A stretch of DNA of 63,634 bases from Prasinococcaceae sp. CCMP 1430 (taxonomy: Eukaryota > Plantae > Prasinodermophyta), in assembly GCA_013416795.1 (NCBI GenBank), contig RQSC01000014.1, positions 579,655 through 643,288 on the forward strand, in the 5' to 3' direction. Positions 44,200 through 52,105 of the stretch are shown here, one piece after another; position 1 is the first letter of the stretch; the number at the start of each line of letters is the position of its first letter. The notes below the pieces were generated by a model that was not told where the DNA came from, did not search any database, and saw only the letters and a list, made by a program, of their open reading frames with translations. Both the position numbers and the translations under genes were made by a program.

Positions 44200-44763
44200 C
44201 TAGCAGACGTAGAGGTCCGGCAGCGGCACGATCCACCTGCCGCCGCGCCTGGCGAACTCCGCGTGCGAGTCGATGATCGACCGCGCGAAGTTCCACGCCA
44301 GCACGACCACGTAGTCGGGCCGCGTCGCCTCGTCCTCGCTGAGCAGCGCGTCCGGCGGCACCACCGGCACGTGCAGCCCGGGCGTGTACAGCCCCTGCTT
44401 GAGCGGGTTGTCGTCCATGACGTACTCCACCAGTGACGAGTCGATGCCGAAGTGGTACATGAGCGTCGTCGCTTTGGCGGGCGCGCCGTACGCCGCCACG
44501 CGAAGGCCGGCGCCCTTGAGGCCCCTGAGCAGCGAGCTGAGCTCGAGGCCCTTGCGGTCGATGCTCGCAGACCACCCCACGAAGGTGGAGGCGCGATCGA
44601 GGCCGGCGGCGCGCTCGGCCGCGACGAGCGCGCGCACGCTGCCGTCGTCGCGTAGCAGCGGCGGCGCGGGCGCGCCCCCGCCTCCGCCTCCGCCCTCTTC
44701 GCCTCCGCCGCCCAGCAGCTCGTCGTCGATGGGCACGCGCTCGACCTTTTGCACGACGCAGCG
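44200..44763 (-). CDS. Bacterial-type NDP-sugar C-methyltransferase, C-terminal domain fragment (TylCIII/TcaB9-like)
   Basis: RCVVQK...SVRALVAAE..AGL, VAAYGAPAKATTLMYHFGI, DDNPLKQGLYTPG.HVPVV, PDYVVVLAWNF and GGRWIVPLP. The N-terminal Zn-binding and SAM domains are absent. Confidence 0.75.
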   Translation of the reverse strand, partial: RCVVQKVERVPIDDELLGGGGEEGGGGGGGAPAPPLLRDDGSVRALVAAERAAGLDRASTFVGWSASIDRKGLELSSLLRGLKGAGLRVAAYGAPAKATTLMYHFGIDSSLVEYVMDDNPLKQGLYTPGLHVPVVPPDALLSEDEATRPDYVVVLAWNFARSIIDSHAEFARRGGRWIVPLPDLYVC

Positions 44764-45849
44764 CTGTGCGGCGCGGCGGAGGGCGCGGCGGTGCCGACGG
44801 CGACGAGGGCGGCACGCACGGCGCCCTGCTGCGGCGCGAGGTGCACCGCGACGAGGGCGGCGACGGGTCCGACGAGGATGGCGCCGGCGCGTCGGGGAAC
44901 GGCGGGGCCGGCGACGAGGGGCTGCTGGCGGGCCTGCTGAGCAACGGCGACGCCGAAAAGGTGTGTGTTTCGGCGTTTGGTTGGTTGGTTGGTTGGTGGG
45001 TGCTTTTTTTGGTGTGTTTTGTGTGTGTGTGTGTCATTGTGTTGTTGTGTGCACGCCCGCGCGCTGACATGCGCTGCCGGCGCGCGCGCCACCAGGCGAA
45101 GTCTGGCGTCGGGCGTGTGCTCAACCACGACGCGATGGTCGCCGCTGGTCACGACGCCGACGGCGACGCGAGCGTGCGAGCGCGCGCTGCGGCCGCGCGC
45201 GCGCCGCTGCTGATCTTTTTTTCTCGCCGCGCCGGAAAATCGTCATGCGTTCAGAACTGTCAGAAATGAGTTTGAGCTGTCAGGTCTGAGCCACAGCTGC
45301 GGGCGCTCTGAGACAAGGAAGGCGCGCTCCCGCCCCACGCAGAAAGGAGGCGGACGAGGCGATTTCGCCAAAAGATCGGAGCCGTTGCGCTTCCGCCTAC
45401 CGTCCCATCATGTGTGTGTCGTTGAGGAGCGCGTGCCCCCCCCCCGCCTCATGCGGGCAGGACGCGTGGCATGGTGCAATGGCGATGGCGATGGCGCGTC
45501 ACCATCCAAACGTGGCTTTGCCCGTTCACCAGACCCTGACTGTGGAGAATGCTTGCGGACGGCCGTTTTCGAGGCACGGACGCGAGCACGCTCGCGCGCG
45601 GCAGCGCAGCCACCGTCGAGTACCGTCAAGATGGCAAAGCCTGAATCTGCATGGGTTGGGGTTGGGCAGCGACCCGCCATTCCATGGCGACAAGATCCTC
45701 GAATGCGTGATACCATTTCCCGTCATAAAAACGACACGTCGTCGGAAACGATCCTGACACCTCGTCAGCGGGTGGCGGCGGGGAGCCGCGCCACTCTCCG
45801 CCCCGCCCGCGGGGCGCGGGCAGCGGGCGCGCGAAGGGGTACGTGCTGA
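44762..45849 (+). CDS. Multi-exon hypothetical gene fragment lacking a start codon
   Basis: GC3-rich acidic frame GADGDEGG...SNGDAEK, then a clean phase-0 intron 44961-45095 (GT, CTGAC, CAG) and an exon AKSGVGRVLNHDAM. Downstream exons are uncertain. Confidence 0.45.
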
Positions 45850-45875
45850 GGTCCGTCACCGTGTTGGGATCCACN

Positions 45876-46235
45876 CCCCACCGACCCGGCAGGGGCCGGT
45901 GCAAGCGGCGGGACCTCGTGACCAGCATCGCCGATGGCAAGACAAAATCAGACACTCCCGTGATACGCGTGCAGTTCGAGTCGCTTGACGACATTCACAG
46001 GGGCTGCTGTGAGGACCCACCGGCGCCGGCTGTGGCGCAGAGCATCGACGACTTCGGAAGTGCCCGTGTGGCCATATCGCCGCGCAAGTCGCCGCGCCCG
46101 ATGCGAGCACCGAGCACAGCGAGCGTCCCCGTGTCCGTTCACAGCTCGAAGGGCGTGTCGCTGCTGGCGGGTCGCTTTGGCGCTGTTGGCTTGCACGGAG
46201 GGACGGATGAGATCGCGTGCAGTGCGCCTCGCTGA
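45876..46235 (+). CDS. C-terminal fragment of a hypothetical protein starting at single-N join 45875
   Basis: Open frame RDLVTSIADGKTKSDTPVIRVQFESLDDIH... to TGA 46235; no family recognised. Confidence 0.35.
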   Translation, partial: PHRPGRGRCKRRDLVTSIADGKTKSDTPVIRVQFESLDDIHRGCCEDPPAPAVAQSIDDFGSARVAISPRKSPRPMRAPSTASVPVSVHSSKGVSLLAGRFGAVGLHGGTDEIACSAPR

Positions 46236-46335
46236 GAAGACCCTCGTAGTCGGCAGTGATGTAAGATACTGGAGCAGCAGTTGATGGCTTCAATGCTCTC
46301 CTCGATCAAGAATAGTACACGTCAATTACAGGCAC

Positions 46336-46596
46336 TCAGAGCGTGCGCGAGCTCAGCCCGACCATGTCCTTGAGCTCCTTGAGCTGCCGCGTGCCTTCGT
46401 TGAGCAGCCACTGCACCTGCGAGGTGTCGCTCGCGTCGACGTTCCTGCCCAACTCGAACTGGCGCCGCGCCTCTTTGCGGATCTCGCTCCGCGCCGGCTC
46501 AGGCGCATCGCTGGCAACACGCAGCGCTGAGCGATAAAGCTTGCGCGCTGCGGCGCCAGCGATGAACTTCCCAAGTTCGGCCTTCAGCGCGCTCAT
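46336..46596 (-). CDS. LYR-motif protein (LYRM2-like), 86 aa
   Basis: ELGKFI.....KLYRSALR.....P......[10 protein letters not shown]......D...[14 protein letters not shown] matches the LYRM2 pattern. Confidence 0.8.
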   Translation of the reverse strand: MSALKAELGKFIAGAAARKLYRSALRVASDAPEPARSEIRKEARRQFELGRNVDASDTSQVQWLLNEGTRQLKELKDMVGLSSRTL

Positions 46597-48031
46597 CCCA
46601 CCAGGCGTAGCCCGACGGCGAGCCAGCGCGTTTGGGGAGGTCACCCCACTCCGAGCAGCACCCACACGCTCCACCCGCAGACGAGCCTGCGCGGCGCCGC
46701 CGGCGACGCAGGCGGACGTCAAGCTGGAGCCCATCACGCGCGACGAGATGATCGCCTACCTCGCCTCCGGCTGCAAGCCGCGCGACCAGTGGCGCATCGG
46801 CACCGAGCACGAGAAGTTCGGCTTCCACCGCTCGGACAACTCGCCCGTCGACTACTCGGTCATCCAGGAGCTGCTGGACGAGGTGGGCACGCGCTTCGGA
46901 TGGGAGAAGCTGTACGAGGGCGAGAACATCATCGCGCTCACCAAGGACGGGCAGAACGTGACGCTCGAGCCCGGCGGGCAGCTCGAGCTGTCGGGCGCGC
47001 CGCTCGAGACGGTGCACGAGACGTGCGCCGAGGTGAACAGCCACCTCTACCAGGTGAAGGCCGTCTCCGAGCAGCTGGGCATCGGCTTCCTGGGGCTGGG
47101 CTTTCACCCGGAGATGGCGCTCGAGGACGCGCCCATGATGCCCAAGGGGCGCTACAAGATCATGCGCGACTACATGCCCAAGGTGGGCAACCTGGGGCGC
47201 GACATGATGTTCCGGACGTGTACGATACAGGTGAACCTCGACTTCGAGTCGGAGCGCGACATGGTCGAGAAGATGCGCATCGGCATCGCCCTGCAGCCGG
47301 TCGCGACGGCGCTCTTCGCCAACTCGCCGCTCACCGACGGCAAGCCCAACGGCTTCCTGAGCTACCGATCGCAGGTGTGGACGGACACCGACCCCGACCG
47401 CACCGGCCAGCTGCCCTTCGTCTTCGAGGACTCGTTCGGCTTCGAGCAGTGGGTGGACTACATCATGGACGTGCCCATGTACTTTGCCTACCGCGACGGC
47501 AAGTACGTCGACTGCGCGGGCCAGTCGTTCCGCGATTTCATGGACGGCAAGATGGAGGCGCTGCCCGGCGAGCGCCCCACGCTCGTCGACTACGAGAACC
47601 ACCTCACGGTGGCCTTCCCGGAGGTGCGCCTCAAGAAGTACATCGAGATGCGCGGCACCGACGGGGGGCCGTGGCGCCGCATCTGCGCGCTCCCGGCGCT
47701 CTGGGCGGGCCTCCTGTACGACGAGCAGGCGCAGGCCGAGGCGCTGGCGCTCACCCAGGACTTCACCCTCGAGGAGATGGAGGCCATGCGCCTCGACGTG
47801 GCTCGCCTCGGATTGCAGGCGCCGTTCCGCGGCGGCGTCGTCAACGACCTGGCGCGCGAGATGCTCGCCATCTCCAAGGGCGGCCTTCAGCGCCGCGGAT
47901 ACAAGGAGAAGAGCTTCCTGCACGGCCTCGAGGCCACCGTAGAGACGGGCCTCACCCCCGCCGACGTGCTCCTCAAGAAGTACAACGAGTGGGGCTCCAC
48001 CTCGCCCATCTTCGGACAGTTCGCCTTCTGA
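46562..48031 (+). CDS. GSH1: Glutamate-cysteine ligase, plant/plastid type
   Basis: [76 protein letters not shown]-like [32 protein letters not shown]. The transit-peptide start at ATG 46562 is tentative. Confidence 0.95.
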   Translation: MNFPSSAFSALIPPGVARRRASAFGEVTPLRAAPTRSTRRRACAAPPATQADVKLEPITRDEMIAYLASGCKPRDQWRIGTEHEKFGFHRSDNSPVDYSVIQELLDEVGTRFGWEKLYEGENIIALTKDGQNVTLEPGGQLELSGAPLETVHETCAEVNSHLYQVKAVSEQLGIGFLGLGFHPEMALEDAPMMPKGRYKIMRDYMPKVGNLGRDMMFRTCTIQVNLDFESERDMVEKMRIGIALQPVATALFANSPLTDGKPNGFLSYRSQVWTDTDPDRTGQLPFVFEDSFGFEQWVDYIMDVPMYFAYRDGKYVDCAGQSFRDFMDGKMEALPGERPTLVDYENHLTVAFPEVRLKKYIEMRGTDGGPWRRICALPALWAGLLYDEQAQAEALALTQDFTLEEMEAMRLDVARLGLQAPFRGGVVNDLAREMLAISKGGLQRRGYKEKSFLHGLEATVETGLTPADVLLKKYNEWGSTSPIFGQFAF

Positions 48032-48699
48032 GGCGCCAGCGGCCCGCACGCTCGACTGTACCACTTGCTACCACTTAGAGACGCTCGCGCGCCCCTGTAC
48101 ACCCCCTCGCCGGCTCGAGCACGCCCCCGCGAGCGGCAGGTGCAAGACCGACCGCCGCCATTCTTTCGCACAGGACGCCTATGAGGCTTTTTAAACCACG
48201 CACCCGCGACGACGACGTCGCGCGGCGGGTGTGCCTTTGACAGACGACGCGGACAGACCCCCCCCCTTCCACCATCCCCTTCCCGCTCCACGTATGCCCG
48301 GCCCCCCCCCGGCCCCCCCCGATGCCAGAGGCCCTAGGTAGAATTCCTACCCTAAACCGCACGATCTCGCCCTCACGCGCAGCACACCCCGAACCCGCCG
48401 CGCAGTCCGGCCCGGCCCGGCCCCGGGCCTGGCATCAGCCGCCCGAAGCGGCGGGAAAACCCCGAAAAGGCGCGCGCGCGGCGACCGCCGCCCGGCCGCG
48501 CCTTTTTTCTTTTTCTTTTTCTTTTTCTTTGTCTTTTCTTTCGTGCGGCGAACCGCGCGCCGGGCGCGCGCGCGAACGCGAAATCAAACGCGAACGCGAA
48601 CGCAAAAACGCCGCCGGCGGATTCGGACGCCCCCGCGCCTCCCCCCCGCCGGGCAAAAAAAAAGAAAAAGAAAAAGAAAAATAAAATGCGTGCGTTTTG

Positions 48700-48939
48700 G
48701 CCTGCGCGCCCGCCGCGCGCGGCGTACACCCAGCGCCGCGAACCGCGCGCGACGTGCTTGACGATGGCGCCGGGCGTCTCGAGGAGCTTGAGCGCCTGCG
48801 TGACCTTCTTGGCGTCGAGCACGAGAGCGAGCATGCTCAGCTCTCTGTCGCTGAGACCCGCGTCCCCGCCCGCCTCGCGGCGCGCTCGTTGGCGGTGGCG
48901 GCGCGCGCTCTCTTCTTCTTGGCGCGCGCGCGCGGGCAA
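48700..48939 (-). pseudogene. ZSWIM7/SWS1-like N-terminal fragment; no in-frame ATG and no SWIM zinc finger
   Basis: LSDRELSMLALVLDAKKVTQALKLLETPGAIVKHVARGSRRWVY parallels ZSWIM7 IPDEYLLSLKFLFGSSATQALDLVDRQSITLISSPSGRRVY, then runs into a poly-T tract. Confidence 0.5.
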
Positions 48940-48957
48940 CGCGCGCGGGTGACCCTA

Positions 48958-49707
48958 ATGGAGGGCGCTTCCAAGGTCACGCTGTACGCCATCGACGGGC
49001 GCGGCTACGCCGAGTCCGTGCGGCTCTGCCTCGCCGCGTGCCGCGTCGCGTACGAGGAGGTCGCCGTGACGACGCGCGCGCAGCTCGACGCGCTGCCGAC
49101 GCCGCTGCCCAAGCAGCTCCCCTTGCTCGTCGTCGAGTTTGAAGGCGCGCGCCCCGCCGAGGGCGGCGACGGCAGCTGCAGGCAGGCGGTGCGCGTCGCC
49201 AGCGCTCCCGCGATCATTCGCCACCTCGCTCGCGCGTTTGCCCTGTATGGAGAAAGCGAAGCGGAGGCGGCGCGCATAGACACGCTCAGCGAGGGAGTCG
49301 TCACGCTGTGCGCGAAGTTCGTCGCGCTGCCGTTCTCGAGCGTCCCTTTGCACTCGCTGCACGGAGGAGAGGACTGGGAGGACCCGGTGACCGAGCTGCG
49401 CGCGAGATGGTTGGGATTGTACCTGCCCGCCTTCGAACGGGCACTGCGCGACAACGGCTGCACGGAGGGGTTCGGGTACCTTGTCGGCAAGCACATGAGC
49501 TACGCAGACCTCTTGCTGTTAGAGGTGGAGGAGTACTGCGAGGAGTATTGCCCCGGCGCGCTCGAGGAGTACGTGCTCCTGCGCAGCCACTGGCAGCGCA
49601 TGCGCGGCAAGCGGCAGCTGCGAGAGTTTTTCGATGGCACCGACGGGCACCGCCATCCCCCGAGCGGGCGGGAGTTCGTAGCGGCGGTGCGGGAGGTCAT
49701 GTCGTGA
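48958..49707 (+). CDS. Glutathione S-transferase-like protein (sigma/alpha/pi-type fold)
   Basis: VTLY...GRGYAESVRL.L, KQLPLL, AIIRHLAR...LYG....EAARID and YLVG..MSYADL (N-capping motif). Confidence 0.85.
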   Translation: MEGASKVTLYAIDGRGYAESVRLCLAACRVAYEEVAVTTRAQLDALPTPLPKQLPLLVVEFEGARPAEGGDGSCRQAVRVASAPAIIRHLARAFALYGESEAEAARIDTLSEGVVTLCAKFVALPFSSVPLHSLHGGEDWEDPVTELRARWLGLYLPAFERALRDNGCTEGFGYLVGKHMSYADLLLLEVEEYCEEYCPGALEEYVLLRSHWQRMRGKRQLREFFDGTDGHRHPPSGREFVAAVREVMS

Positions 49708-49873
49708 GAGCTGCGTGCGCCCATGCGCCAGCGCGCGAGTGGCGCGCTCATCTGTATATGTGTATTTTTACGGCCGTGCGTACGTATGTCGACGTCGGCG
49801 ATGACAAATAAGTGTACAGGGCAGCGCTGCGGCGGCAGACGCGGAGAGCGAGGCGTGCAGAAGTAGGAGCCCT

Positions 49874-50550
49874 CTACTGAGCCTTGACTTCCTCCCATTT
49901 CGAGGGCGCGTCGATCGCACCCATGCAGCACAGACCGCAACAGAGGATGGTCAGCAGCATGAACGCGATCACCAGCCCCATAAAGAAGTACACCTGAGTG
50001 TAGCAGAGCGAGCCCTTCGCGCAGCTGGCCTTTGCCTGGGGCGGAGGCGGAGGCGGTGGCGACGCCTGCAGCAGCATGCGCGCGGCACCACTGCGGCACA
50101 CCCGGCGAGGGGGTCGCGTCAGCAATCCGATGGCGACGGGGCACTTCGGCCAGGCGCGAGCGTGTGGCGTGACCCTGTGCGTTCGTGCGCCGACGCGACT
50201 CACCTTTCAGCATCCCACAGTGCGCCGTCTTGCACGAAGACGGCCGCCACGTCGGCGTCTGCCGCCTCGGCTATCGCCAGCAAGCGCTCCATCACCTCGT
50301 CGTCGGCGCCACACACAATGAGCGTGCCTTCACCCCCCGCGGCAATCGCATCAGCGGCGGCCGCCGTGCGAGCCACGCCGGCACCCGCGGCGACGGCAGC
50401 GGCCTCGCAAGGCGACGCCACTGCCTCGGCGCCCAGCGCAATCGTATCACTCCCGGCGACGTAGACAGAGAAGGGCGCGGAGGGTCCCATCTCGCCCACG
50501 GCCACGACTGCAGCGATCCCGCCATCAGTCTGCGTTCCGACGCACAGATT
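49874..50550 (-). CDS. V-ATPase accessory subunit Ac45/VOA1-like membrane protein; exons ~50530-50204 and 50090-49874; 5' end unresolved
   Basis: C-terminal FFMGLVIAFMLLTILCCGLCCMGAIDAPSKWE resembles the Ac45/VOA1 TM motif (plant form ILISGLCCM.GIDTPTRFE). GTGAGT..CTGAC..CAG intron 50203-50091 joins in phase. Confidence 0.6.
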
Positions 50551-51558
50551 ACACGCCAGGCCCGCACGCATCGTGCGGTGGAGAGGCCGCAGCGCGCGCC
50601 GTCAGCGTCGCAGGCGCGGACACTGTTAGGGTTGGCACTGATGCCCACACAGTCTATCGACCGCATCGCCGCATCGTATCGCACCGCGCGGCGCAGGAGC
50701 GCCGGCACGCGCGCGCCGACGTAGCGAGTGCGCTTGGCCGCAGATCGAGGCGAGCGCGCGCCGTTCCTCGCAGCACACGCTTGCGCTCATCGCCCCCTCG
50801 CCGGGGGGGCATTTTTTGGGTCCAGGCCTCACTCAAAACACGGCTCGCGCCCCTCGCGCTCTGCGCACGTACCACGAAGTGGGCGGCGAGCGACGAGCTC
50901 GCTGCGCGCACCCTCCGCTGTATGGCGCCATCATCCGCAGGAAATCCTCCGCCCACGCCCACCACCCACAGCGCCGCGCCCGCGCCCGGCCTCGGCGAAC
51001 GCGCCCGCATCGCCCGNAACATCCGCGAGGGGAAACTCGGGCGGCGTGCCCGTCGCCCGATGCGCCGGTTCCCCGTGCGCGCGGCACGCACCCGCCGCGC
51101 CCGCCCCCGCGCGAGCGCGCGTGCGTGTGCGTGCGTGTGCGTGCGTGTGCGTGTGCGTGTGTGTGCGGGTGTGCGTGCGATCGTGTGCGTGCACCCGTGT
51201 GCATGCGCGCGCGCGCGCCTGTGTGTATGTGTATGTGTGGGAGGGGGCGCGGCGGTTCCGGCGCGAGCGAGGAGGCCTGCAGGGGTCCGCGGAGCAGAGC
51301 GCGCGCGCCGGCCGGCGCGCGCGCAGCGCGCGCTCCCCCGGGGGGGGGGGTGGAGGCGGGGAGGGGGCGGCAGGCGCGCCCTCTTACGCCGCTCCCTCTC
51401 TCGCGCTGCCGCCCGCGCTCCCCGGCGAGCACGCGCGCCGCACACCCACACCCACCCACCCACCTACCCACCCATCCATCCACCCACGCGTGCTCGCACA
51501 CACACACAAAGACGCACACACGCACACACACACCACGCACACACACACACCAGCCGCC

Positions 51559-52045
51559 ATGGTGGCGGCGTCGTGGGGCAGCGCGAGCGCGGTGCTGGTG
51601 GGGAGCGAGGAACAGGCCATCGACGAGGGCGTCGCCGCGGCGGCGGCGCTGGGGCCCGACTCGTACCAGACGCCTGCGCGCCCCCTTGCCAACCGCTGCC
51701 TGGCGCTCAAGAAGGCGCTCGGCGCGTCGGAGGCGGGGCGCTCGCGCGCGCTCATCGAGCTCGCCGAGGCGCGCGATGTCGCCGAGGCTGCCACGCGCAC
51801 CGCTGAGGCCGTCGCCGCCGAGGCGGAGGCGCTCAGGGAGCACGCGCGCCGCGCGGAAGCGCGACACTCCACAGCGGCCCTCGCTGCCAGCAAGGCCGAG
51901 GCCACCGAAAGGGCGCTCGCGGAGGAGCTCGAGGAGGCGCGCGCCGAGTCGGGGGCCGCATGCGCCGCCGCAGCGGAGAAGGAGGCTGTCGCCGCCGAGC
52001 TTGAGCTTGCAATGGCCGTGCTCGACGCCACCAAGCGAAAGGTGC

Positions 52046-52105
<60 letters not shown>

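Noticed and set aside
45626-45874. Minus-strand frame VDPNTVTDLSTYPF...CRFYDGKWYHAF as a Tudor-like domain or the C-methyltransferase N-terminus
   Set aside because: The similarity is too short to trust, and it conflicts with a plus-strand candidate exon; left unresolved.
50816-51558. N-terminal ~470 aa of the 3116-aa ORF
   Set aside because: This stretch includes an N and (GT)/(CA) microsatellites; the true first exon is in another frame (ATG 51559).
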